Of a stretch of DNA of 29,516 nucleotides, positions 6,699 through 14,235 are shown piece after piece. Below the pieces are notes generated by a model that was not told where the DNA came from, made no database searches, and saw only the letters and a program-made list of their open reading frames with translations. The position numbers were made by a program, and so were the translations under genes. The stretch lies in IMG/VR virus record IMGVR_UViG_3300047308_000065, positions 1 to 29,516 of that record, one strand, 5' to 3'. Positions within the stretch are counted from its first letter, which is position 1. Each line of letters begins with the position of its first letter. The stretch is from a virus. Its lineage: Duplodnaviria > Caudoviricetes.

Positions 6699-6877
6699 TT
6701 GCACTCCTTCCATTTGAACTGTGGTTTACCGCTCGCGTCGGCCACCCATTCGGCATGGTGTTCTCGAACGGCCTCTGCTTTCATGTAGCTTGTTGCAGAG
6801 CAACCACCTGCAAACCCTCCGAGCATTATTCCGAAAATGCAGGTCAGGAAGCACGGTACGATATCGTCGCTTTTCAT
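6695..6877 (-). CDS. Small membrane-anchored hypothetical protein
   Basis: Hydrophobic N-terminal segment IVPCFLTCIFGIMLGGFAGGC. Coupled on both sides. Confidence 0.68.
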   Translation of the reverse strand: MKSDDIVPCFLTCIFGIMLGGFAGGCSATSYMKAEAVREHHAEWVADASGKPQFKWKECK

Positions 6878-7083
6878 TTCGATTCCCTCTCTCGGATCAT
6901 TGCGTCGGCTGCTTGATAAGCGAGTTCCGCATCCTGAAGACAGCTTTTGCCGCCTCCATCATAAGCCAGTATCCCCTGCAACGCCGCCGCTGCGAAGTAG
7001 TCGCGGAGGGTCATGCCGTCGTTGTGTTGTGTTCCTGCCGGTGTCGGAAACACTGGTGCTACATAGTTGATTGGTTCGTTCAT
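6874..7083 (-). CDS. Conserved small phage protein with GMTLRDYFAA motif, 69 aa
   Basis: PVFP...GMTLRDYFAAAALQG...AYQAADAMIRER, a motif I recognise from many phage early regions. Function unknown. Confidence 0.8.
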   Translation of the reverse strand: MNEPINYVAPVFPTPAGTQHNDGMTLRDYFAAAALQGILAYDGGGKSCLQDAELAYQAADAMIRERESK

Positions 7084-7427
7084 TTCGCCTCCTCCACGAC
7101 CCCACAGGCAGACCACGTTTTACCGCCGTCGGTGCTGTGTTCGCGTTCCTCAAGCCACATATCTCGGTCAGCTTGGTTTGATGTCCATGCGAGGATGCTT
7201 CGGTCATGCAACGCTCTTTTGTACCGTATCCACGCCCCCAGCGGCACCTCATCCGCAGTCCACGGGCGGAGCTTGGCGGTGGGTTTGATGCGGTAGTCTG
7301 TATCATCCCAATCCCACCTAGGTATACATGCTGATGCCCATCTGCCTCCATACAGGCTTTCTACTTCCTTCCCATCCACATACGCTTGCATCACTTTGAT
7401 TGCTTCTATTGTTTCTTCTCGGTTCAT
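7080..7427 (-). CDS. Conserved phage hypothetical protein
   Basis: IKVMQAYVDGKEVE...PRWDWDDTDYRIKP...RPWTADEVP. Coupled on both sides. Confidence 0.78.
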   Translation of the reverse strand: MNREETIEAIKVMQAYVDGKEVESLYGGRWASACIPRWDWDDTDYRIKPTAKLRPWTADEVPLGAWIRYKRALHDRSILAWTSNQADRDMWLEEREHSTDGGKTWSACGVVEEAK

Positions 7428-7624
7428 TGCTTGTCCTCCACTTTCACCATCGGAACGAAGTCCAGTCGGTTGCTTTCGTCGATTGCTATGCCCCAGCCGT
7501 TGCGGCGGCAGGAGAGTTCGATTGCGTTGTAAATTTCGGTCATTGTCTTCTCTGGCAGGTAAATGGATAGCAGTCCTTTGAATGTCAGACGGATTGTTTC
7601 TTGTGTTTCGTACAGTGTTGTCAT
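7424..7624 (-). CDS. Hypothetical protein, 66 aa
   Basis: ORF with ATGA overlaps on both sides. Confidence 0.68.
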   Translation of the reverse strand: MTTLYETQETIRLTFKGLLSIYLPEKTMTEIYNAIELSCRRNGWGIAIDESNRLDFVPMVKVEDKQ

Positions 7625-7779
7625 TTCGTTTCCTTCCTCTGTAGGTATTCAGTCACCGCTTCATCGGCGACAAACTGGAGCTTGTAGCCCTTTCGTTGTG
7701 CGTATTGCTTGAGTCTTAGGTGCGTGTCGTCTGATACGACAAACACCTTCGCCGTCGGCCGTTTTGGTTTTGGGTTCAT
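7621..7779 (-). CDS. Ribbon-helix-helix-like DNA-binding protein, 52 aa
   Basis: KVFVVSDDTHLRLKQYAQRKGYKLQFVADEAVTEYL fits a beta-helix-G-helix pattern. Start re-called to 7779. Confidence 0.72.
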   Translation of the reverse strand: MNPKPKRPTAKVFVVSDDTHLRLKQYAQRKGYKLQFVADEAVTEYLQRKETK

Positions 7780-8003
7780 CGTTTGTGGTGCTTTAGGATC
7801 TGAGCCACAAACCTGCGCTTGCAGCCGATGGCCCGGGCCACCGTGTCGGTGTCGGCCCCGTTGTCCCACAGCCGGTAGGCGAGCTCAGAGTCGAAGGCCT
7901 CGACCGGCTGCGCCCAGTTCCTCGACAGCTCCCGGGCCTTGGGCTCCGGGAATGAAATCCAGCCCGCGGCCACGGCGCTGGTGATGGTCTTCTTGCTGAT
8001 CAC
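7776..8003 (-). CDS. Small HTH-like protein
   Basis: AYRLWDNGADTDTVARAIGCKRRFVAQIL. Confidence 0.62.
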   Translation of the reverse strand: MISKKTITSAVAAGWISFPEPKARELSRNWAQPVEAFDSELAYRLWDNGADTDTVARAIGCKRRFVAQILKHHKR

Positions 8004-8191
8004 TTAAGGCCCTCCAGCTTCTCAATACGTTCCTGCATCTCTCTGATCACGTCGCACAAGCCGATCATTATCGTTCCGGTGCCTTCGACTCTGACTCCTG
8101 TTTTACTGGTAATCTCTAAACCACGGCGCTCGGCATCCATTGCGATTGCTCTCCATGGGTCGTTGATGAAGTTGGAAATCTTAACGCTCAC
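8000..8191 (-). CDS. Hypothetical protein, 63 aa, ending EGLK
   Basis: GTG 8191 overlaps the resolvase stop. Ends ERIEKLEGLK and is flanked by a 16-bp direct repeat. Confidence 0.68.
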   Translation of the reverse strand: MSVKISNFINDPWRAIAMDAERRGLEITSKTGVRVEGTGTIMIGLCDVIREMQERIEKLEGLK

Positions 8192-8203
8192 TTGAGGCCC
8201 TCC
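8000..8203. repeat. 16-bp direct repeat at consecutive gene junctions (8000-8015 and 8188-8203)
   Basis: TCACTT(A/G)AGGCCCTCC, one mismatch. Confidence 0.85.
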
Positions 8204-8643
8204 GAGATCATTGCGTGCTCCAGGATCAGCACAGCGTCCGCGGTCTTCAGCGTGATCACCTGGCTGGGCTGCCTCTGCTGCGCAATGCCCTTCAGGTGGC
8301 TCTTCCACTTTGCCCCGTGGGTCGCCTTGGTGCCGGCCCCGATGGTCTTCTGCCACCTTTGCGGCGGCACCTCAATCACCCGGGTCTTCGACGCTGCAAT
8401 CAGGCCGTGCAGGAAGCCGACGTTGTAGCCGAAGTTGAACATCGAGCTACCCGGGGCGCCCTTGCCGCCCACATACCCGCCCACCTTCTCAATGTACACC
8501 ACGTCGCTGATTGCCAGCCTATCGCTCACCAGGATGCTGATGTCCTGGTCGGTGGTGGGCATACTGTTGAGGATGATGCCGCTGGCGCCCAGGTAGGCCA
8601 GGCCGCCGCTCATGCCTGGGTCGATTGCGAGTATTCTGGTCAC
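8188..8643 (-). CDS. RuvC-like Holliday junction resolvase
   Basis: ILAIDPGMSGG, VYIEKVG, SMFNFG, VPPQRWQK and ADAVLI motifs. Start re-called to GTG 8643. Confidence 0.88.
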   Translation of the reverse strand: MTRILAIDPGMSGGLAYLGASGIILNSMPTTDQDISILVSDRLAISDVVYIEKVGGYVGGKGAPGSSMFNFGYNVGFLHGLIAASKTRVIEVPPQRWQKTIGAGTKATHGAKWKSHLKGIAQQRQPSQVITLKTADAVLILEHAMISEGLK

Positions 8644-8777
8644 TTGGCAGCCTTTCTCAGCCATGCCGCGATAGCCTTGTCGGCCACGGCCTGTAGTTTC
8701 AGCCCGGCAGCGAGGCAGTAGTCGCGCAGGGCCTTGTGTGTGGTGGGTGTCACGTTGATGGTTTTAGGCTTGGTCAT
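8640..8777 (-). CDS. Ribbon-helix-helix-like DNA-binding protein, 45 aa
   Basis: KTINVTPTTHKALRDYCLAAGLKLQAVADKAIAAWL. Paralogous pattern to 7621..7779. Confidence 0.72.
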   Translation of the reverse strand: MTKPKTINVTPTTHKALRDYCLAAGLKLQAVADKAIAAWLRKAAK

Positions 8778-9103
8778 TTGAGATTGCGTTGCACGCGGCG
8801 CCAGTAGGCCAGGGTGACGGGTTTCCGGTCCCCGGTGGGACCGCCATTCCAGATCCGGGCCTGCTGCTCGGTGGTCTTGCCGCGGCCGTAGTGCTCGAGG
8901 TATGCCTGGCACACTGCCCGGGCTGCCACGCGGTTGGTCATGTCCTGGTGCCGGTAGCTCGACCCGGTGAACTTGTTCACGTCGAGCACCACGGCCTTGT
9001 GGATCTGGAGGCAGCCAATGGCTCGGCCTTGGTCACCGATGGCTTGGTCGTTGTTTCCGCTTTCTACGATCATCAAGGCTGAGATTAAACTGTTCAGGTT
9101 CAT
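8774..9103 (-). CDS. Lysozyme-fold muralytic enzyme (i-type/destabilase- or SLT-like), 109 aa
   Basis: Catalytic-type VESG, GCLQI and ARIWNGGP...YW motifs. Start re-called to ATG 9103. Confidence 0.8.
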   Translation of the reverse strand: MNLNSLISALMIVESGNNDQAIGDQGRAIGCLQIHKAVVLDVNKFTGSSYRHQDMTNRVAARAVCQAYLEHYGRGKTTEQQARIWNGGPTGDRKPVTLAYWRRVQRNLK

Positions 9104-9129
9104 TGCTATGATTTGCTGTGGGTTTGCTA

Positions 9130-9160
9130 TGTTGCGCGTTGGCCAGTCGCGCCCCTGGTT
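9130..9160 (-). promoter_or_regulatory. Repeated intergenic hairpin motif, copy 2
   Basis: AACCAGGGGCGCG-actggcc-AACGCGCAACA. Matches 3290..3323. Confidence 0.6.
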
Positions 9161-9193
9161 GGATGGTATTCGCCCCATCCGGGCGTAAAGTGA

Positions 9194-9421
9194 TCAGTTC
9201 CAGTCGGGGTGTGTGCTGGTCACAAGGGCCACCCGATCCCAGCCTCGGCAGAGGGCGATGTGGCCGCCACCGATGTGCACATAGGCAGCCTTGACCATGT
9301 CACGAAGCACTGAAGCGGCCTCGGTGCGAGTCAGGTTATTGCCGGCCAAGCGAAGAGCCGCGATCGCTTTGTTCTCTTCGATGGTGGGCACGTTCTCGAA
9401 CTTGATGGTGATGTTGCTCAT
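9194..9421 (-). CDS. Hypothetical protein, first gene after the putative early promoter
   Basis: 75-aa ORF preceded by a C/A-rich leader (CACCACAGCAAACCAAAGCAAAAC-ATG). Confidence 0.7.
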   Translation of the reverse strand: MSNITIKFENVPTIEENKAIAALRLAGNNLTRTEAASVLRDMVKAAYVHIGGGHIALCRGWDRVALVTSTHPDWN

Positions 9422-9462
9422 GTTTTGCTTTGGTTTGCTGTGGTGTTGCTTTCGACGTGATC

Positions 9463-9515
9463 AAGATGGCCTATGCTTCGCCTTCCGTCTACAGAGAAAA
9501 CTGTTTTTCTGTAGA
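9463..9515 (-). promoter_or_regulatory. Putative early promoter with overlapping inverted repeat (operator or terminator)
   Basis: TAGACG-17 bp-CATCTT (9491..9463). The inverted repeat TCTACAGA..AAAA-CTG-TTTT.TCTGTAGA at 9488-9515 overlaps the -35 box and lies in an AT-rich gap. Confidence 0.5.
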
Positions 9516-9555
9516 TTTGAGAGAAAACCCAATGTTTATGCGGGTCAAACAGGGG

Positions 9556-9804
9556 TCACTTTTCGGTCGATATCTGCCGGAAGTGTGGCACCGGATAGGA
9601 TCCGCGGCTTAAGCATGGAATCCTGAACTTCCGGGTTTCCATCAGCCCGGACTGAATAGCCACCCGCAGAAGTCGGCCTGTCTGACCGCCCTTGAGGCCC
9701 CATTCCTGGCCCCATTGATCCCGGGTTTTCCACTCGGGCCCCGGTGTCTCCATGGACTTGTTGATCTCGGCTCGGATGAGTTTTAGAAGCTCGGTAGATT
9801 CCAT
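9556..9804 (-). CDS. Small winged-helix-like protein, 82 aa
   Basis: WKTRDQWGQEWGLKGGQTGRLLRVAIQSGLMETRKFRI...VPHFR. Start re-called to ATG 9804. Confidence 0.62.
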   Translation of the reverse strand: MESTELLKLIRAEINKSMETPGPEWKTRDQWGQEWGLKGGQTGRLLRVAIQSGLMETRKFRIPCLSRGSYPVPHFRQISTEK

Positions 9805-10532
9805 CGTTTTTCTCCTTGGGGCCACTGGTGAACGTAAAGCTGGGCGCTGTCCTCGGTGTACTCGCCGAACACGATACCGTGGGACCACGCCAGCGTACCA
9901 CGGCGCCGCAGCGCGTAATCCAGGCAAGGAGCGTCCGCAAGTGTCCCGGGCGACAGACACACCGGATTGTCGCTGCGGCGCCCTGTAGCCATCCCTGCGC
10001 GATGCGCGTGGGCCACCACGGTGTTTCCCCAGGTCTCCGCGGTGTCCCGAAGGAAGTTCTCGCTGTACAGGAGGCCGTGCCCCCAGGAATAGCCGCCGAG
10101 TTTGTACCAGCTCCTGGGCAGCACATCGTGGTGCTTGATGAACACCCGGGCGTGACGCTCGATTGGCTCCTTCATCTTATCCCAGATGGCCTCAGCAAAG
10201 CCCCGCACCACGGTGTTGTGGTGGTGCAGGTATTTCAGGGCACGCTGATCGTGGTTGCCCATGATGAACACCGTGGGCCTGAGTGCATCCAAGAACTCCC
10301 TGCCACATTCGATGTCGTCGAGGTAATCGTCCGCATGATCCGAGTCGTCCGGGTTGGCCAGAGAGCCTGCCCGGAGGCTGGCCAGGTCGTAAGCATCCCC
10401 GAGGTGGATCACCTCGTCAGGCCGGTAGTGCTCCCGGAACAGCAGCACCGCGGCCAGGGCGTCCTTGTTGGCCCGGTTTCCGTGGGAGCAACCGACAGCC
10501 ATCACCCGGCGCCGGGTTGGAACGATTGTCAC
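9783..10532 (-). CDS. Calcineurin-like metallophosphoesterase
   Basis: GCSHG, HLGDAYD, MGNHD, GHG and AHAHR motifs in canonical order. Confidence 0.88.
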   Translation of the reverse strand: MTIVPTRRRVMAVGCSHGNRANKDALAAVLLFREHYRPDEVIHLGDAYDLASLRAGSLANPDDSDHADDYLDDIECGREFLDALRPTVFIMGNHDQRALKYLHHHNTVVRGFAEAIWDKMKEPIERHARVFIKHHDVLPRSWYKLGGYSWGHGLLYSENFLRDTAETWGNTVVAHAHRAGMATGRRSDNPVCLSPGTLADAPCLDYALRRRGTLAWSHGIVFGEYTEDSAQLYVHQWPQGEKRWNLPSF

Positions 10533-10575
10533 AGAAGATTACAAGCATTATCTGCGGTGATGATCAAGGCGGTAG

Positions 10576-13272
10576 CTAGATACCTTTGAGATCCACCAGA
10601 CTCAGGGTCAGGTACTTCTGATCGTTGGTGGTGGCGTCAAAGTAACTGGCGATCACCTGAGTCTCTCGTTCCGAGTAAGAGCGGTAGGGTTTCACTCGGG
10701 TGGCCAGAACCGCAGGAAACTCTGTTGGCTGACCGTTCTCCGTCTGCCAATTGCCCGAGGTGAACCCAAAGCGCCGGCACCAGGTCTGCAGGTTCTGCGG
10801 TGGGACGAACCAGTAGTCGGTGCCGAAGCTGTCCTGACCTTGAAAGCATTGAACGCCGTAGCCAGTCAGAAGATCGTAGCCGGCTTGGTCGGTGTACCAA
10901 GCGTCCTCGTCAAAGTCTGGCTCGTAGCCGGTACCAAAGAAGGAAGGCAGGCCGGGGGCCTTGTCCATCGTGCAGAGGCAGTTGGACCTGGTCCAGGAGT
11001 CGAGGCGCCACTGCAGCAGGTTCCACAGCCATGCGCTCTTCGGGATCTTGTGGAAAAATGGGCCGGTGCCAGGGCCGCCACCAAAAACATTATACGTTGA
11101 GGCGTATGGTATATCAAACACATCGTCGATTTGGTCTTCGAGATCAAACTTGATTGATGTAAGCGCGTCCCGGTAGCTGGAGACTGTTGCCGGTGTCTGA
11201 AGAGGAACCGTTGAAGCAAAACCAGATCCTCGCCGGTCCTTAAAAATATCGTCGACCGTTGTCTGCAACAGGCCATCAGGGCCTTGAATGAATTTTGGAG
11301 TCTTGTTGGGACTTCCTGGAATCCTGACTGAAGCATCAACACCACCTGGACCTCCCCATTTGTTGACCCAAAAGTCGGCCTCGAATCCAGAATCTGAAGC
11401 ATAGTCTGGATCTCCGAAATTGGCTCGCATCAGCTCGTTATCATAATTGCTAGATGAGAACCCCCAAGGGCCTCCTGGTGGAATGAAGGCAGCGTTGATT
11501 GAGCCTTGGTAAAGCAGACTGGAGGTTATTACATTGTTATCGATCTTGGTCGGGAACAAGTGGAACCATTGGCCAGTAAGTGTACTGACCTTGGAAGGCC
11601 CGATCAGCACCGTCTTGTCGCTTGAGGAAAAGTAGAAGTTCTGCCAGCCGCCAACACCGAACCCAGGGTCATGGTTCCTGATGTAGAGCTGGCCTGAGGT
11701 GGCGTAGGTTTCAAAGTCGATCAGGAGGTTTCCGTCGATGCCAATCGGGTTCCCGACGCTGCAGACCAGGCCTTGCGGCGTAATCCTAAGCAGAGCCACT
11801 CGGTCCTCGGTGATGTCGTGGACATCCTCATAATCGTTGAGGAATCCTTCCTCGACAGCCAGCCGGCGCCGCACGTCGATGGCCTTGTCGAAGATTGTGG
11901 CCTCGTTACCGGCAGACCAGAATGATCCTTGAGGGTAAACCGTTGAAATGGTAACAGGTGCAACACCGATCTGCCACCGCGGCGCTGTTGAATCGCAGAA
12001 GATGTTGCAATCGACCGGGCTGATCTCGATCAGGCCGCGGCGACTGGTCAATGTGATGCTGGTGGGATTCTGAACCACGGTGATCCCAAGTCCTTCCAGG
12101 CGCTGCACAAGGCTTCCAACATTCGGGAAGTTGACAATCTTTTCCTCGGAGACAAAACCGACCACTCCGAAATAATAGCGCACCCGGGCACGTCCCCAGG
12201 TGAACACCAGGTCACCGAGTTGCTGCCTAAAATCCCCTGGGTCGGCATAGGTGCCGGGGTAAACCTGCCGGATGTCGTGGTGCACATCCGGGTCGATCTG
12301 GGCATCCATGGTGTGCATCCAGTCGAACATGATGAACGGGTTGGCCACATTGTTGGCCTGGGCCGACCGTTCCAAGGCCAGGAAGTCCGATGTGTTGGCG
12401 CCTTGCCAGATTGGTGGCCCTTCAGCAAAGAAAGGCACGTCCCCCGGGAAGAACGGAAAGAACTGATAACAGAAGCCACCGTTAGGCCAGCGCGTGGCCC
12501 AGGTGCCATCCTGGCGGCGTCGGAAGGCTCGGACGGCTCCAGGGCCCACATACTGCCTGTCGGCGCTGCCATCGGGCAATTGCAGCAGAACCTGCACGGT
12601 GTTTGTCCCGCAGTTGTGGACCCGCCAGCAGTCGTAGCGCTGGTAGGTGTTCAGGATGCGGAAGTCGGTCAGGCCCTCGATGGCGATCTCGGCCACGGCC
12701 AGCCGGTGCTTGTGGATCCGACCAGGAGGCAGTGTCGGGTCAGAAGGCCCGAGGCTTCCTCGGACGTAGGACGTAAGCCCGGATCCGACCTGTGGATCCC
12801 ATCCGAGGTGCACATCGTACTCGATGCCAGCCACTTCACGGCGCAACAGCTCGAAGCTGTAGTGGATCTTGCCGACGTCACAGGTGAACAGATCTCCCGT
12901 GGTGCTGTGATGATCGACGTAGACCTGGCCGCCGGCCACATCAAGGTGCTTGTTTTCTAGCTTCGACAGCTCGATTCGGGCGGCCACCTGGCTGTGCTCG
13001 TCCCGGTAGTAACCAATGCCGGGAATGCTCGGGTCGGGCACGTTGCCGTTGTCTTTGAGCCTTAGAGCGGTTTCCGGATCGTTCCGGTAGACGTACCACA
13101 CACCATACGGGAACGGCGCCGACCATTGAGCGTATGGGTGGAATCTTGATTGAGCCCATAGCGGCCCCATCCCGTTCAGGGCCAGTTGGCACTTCTTATC
13201 GAATCGGCTGTACAGGTTGTTCAGGTTGTAAGCCGTGAACATCTTGTCGAGCCTGCCAGTGGCGTATGGCAT
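10576..13272 (-). CDS. Large virion protein, probable tail tip/hub or receptor-binding protein (898 aa)
   Basis: Last gene of the tail module; rich in aromatic residues, Gly, Asp and Pro. No family recognised, so the function is positional. Confidence 0.6.
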   Translation of the reverse strand: MPYATGRLDKMFTAYNLNNLYSRFDKKCQLALNGMGPLWAQSRFHPYAQWSAPFPYGVWYVYRNDPETALRLKDNGNVPDPSIPGIGYYRDEHSQVAARIELSKLENKHLDVAGGQVYVDHHSTTGDLFTCDVGKIHYSFELLRREVAGIEYDVHLGWDPQVGSGLTSYVRGSLGPSDPTLPPGRIHKHRLAVAEIAIEGLTDFRILNTYQRYDCWRVHNCGTNTVQVLLQLPDGSADRQYVGPGAVRAFRRRQDGTWATRWPNGGFCYQFFPFFPGDVPFFAEGPPIWQGANTSDFLALERSAQANNVANPFIMFDWMHTMDAQIDPDVHHDIRQVYPGTYADPGDFRQQLGDLVFTWGRARVRYYFGVVGFVSEEKIVNFPNVGSLVQRLEGLGITVVQNPTSITLTSRRGLIEISPVDCNIFCDSTAPRWQIGVAPVTISTVYPQGSFWSAGNEATIFDKAIDVRRRLAVEEGFLNDYEDVHDITEDRVALLRITPQGLVCSVGNPIGIDGNLLIDFETYATSGQLYIRNHDPGFGVGGWQNFYFSSSDKTVLIGPSKVSTLTGQWFHLFPTKIDNNVITSSLLYQGSINAAFIPPGGPWGFSSSNYDNELMRANFGDPDYASDSGFEADFWVNKWGGPGGVDASVRIPGSPNKTPKFIQGPDGLLQTTVDDIFKDRRGSGFASTVPLQTPATVSSYRDALTSIKFDLEDQIDDVFDIPYASTYNVFGGGPGTGPFFHKIPKSAWLWNLLQWRLDSWTRSNCLCTMDKAPGLPSFFGTGYEPDFDEDAWYTDQAGYDLLTGYGVQCFQGQDSFGTDYWFVPPQNLQTWCRRFGFTSGNWQTENGQPTEFPAVLATRVKPYRSYSERETQVIASYFDATTNDQKYLTLSLVDLKGI

Positions 13273-13274
13273 GA

Positions 13275-13484
13275 TCAGTAAAACCAGGACTCTTCAGCCG
13301 TCTGCACCGTGGTCGAACCCACCGCGGTCTTCAGCGTCGTGCCATTGGCATTCTGCTCGACCCGTTGGCCAGGCCCAGCAACAAGCTGGACCCGGCGCAC
13401 GGCCTCAATCAGTTGATTGATGGCCCGGGCATGGTCTGCCTTCAGGCCGCGTTCCGACAGCTTGGATGGCAGTTGTAAAGGCAT
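13275..13484 (-). CDS. Small tail-associated protein
   Basis: AINQLIEAVRRVQLVAGPGQRVEQNANGTTL. Located in the tail module. Confidence 0.6.
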   Translation of the reverse strand: MPLQLPSKLSERGLKADHARAINQLIEAVRRVQLVAGPGQRVEQNANGTTLKTAVGSTTVQTAEESWFY

Positions 13485-13487
13485 GGT

Positions 13488-13844
13488 TTACAGCTCGCAG
13501 AACTGGGCGAAGATCTTGACCGGGCTGTTCGAGGCTTTGACGTACATCGTCGCGTCGACCCAAGGGATCAGCATAAACTGGCCGGCTGGTATCTGGAACG
13601 AATAGGGCGAGGAAGGCCCGATGGAGACCGGGTTGACCAGATCCAGGTTCACAATCAGCAGCCGGTAGGGTGTGGCCAGGTCGGCGGTCAGATCCAAGGC
13701 CTCGTCGGTCGTGCCGACCACCTGAGTCTGTTGACCCATATCGGTGCCGGTCATGTTGGCCACCGTGGTGTAAGACTGCGAATTGATAACGGCGCCGCCC
13801 TTGCTGGCGTACAGCCGGGCCGACATCTCGACTTCGTTTGCCAT
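13488..13844 (-). CDS. Beta-rich virion protein, paralog B
   Basis: Aligns end to end with 13857..14216. Confidence 0.75.
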   Translation of the reverse strand: MANEVEMSARLYASKGGAVINSQSYTTVANMTGTDMGQQTQVVGTTDEALDLTADLATPYRLLIVNLDLVNPVSIGPSSPYSFQIPAGQFMLIPWVDATMYVKASNSPVKIFAQFCEL

Positions 13845-13856
13845 AGGGTTGGTCGG

Positions 13857-14216
13857 TTAAATCTCGCAGAAGGTTGCCTGGACAGTCACCGCGGAGGTGT
13901 TGGCCAGGAGGTACAATGTGGCGCTGACGTAGGGGATCAACAAGGTCTCACCAGCCGGGATCCGCATGGTGTAGGTGCCGGAGACAAAACCCAGCTCTAC
14001 GTAGTTGGTATTGTCCAGGTTGCTGATCAGCAGCTTGTAGGGGCTGGTGACGTCCACCGGAACGTCGAGAGCCTCGACGGTCAGGCCGATAACCTGGGTC
14101 TGAGAGCCCATGTCGGTTCCGACCATGGTGGCGCTCTTGGTGTAGGTTACTGAGGGCAGGTAGGCTCCGTTCTTGGAAGCGTACAGCCGGGCGGTCATTT
14201 GAATTTCGTCTGCCAT
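13857..14216 (-). CDS. Beta-rich virion protein, paralog A
   Basis: Shares ARLYASK, GTDMG.QTQV.G, PY.LLI.NLD..N, IPAG and FCE with its neighbour. Confidence 0.75.
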   Translation of the reverse strand: MADEIQMTARLYASKNGAYLPSVTYTKSATMVGTDMGSQTQVIGLTVEALDVPVDVTSPYKLLISNLDNTNYVELGFVSGTYTMRIPAGETLLIPYVSATLYLLANTSAVTVQATFCEI

Positions 14217-14235
14217 AGAGGTGTGTTAATTGAGG

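Noticed and set aside
13488-14216. Possible diversity-generating retroelement template/variable repeat pair
   Set aside because: Differences are not adenine-specific, both copies are full ORFs, and no reverse transcriptase is present.
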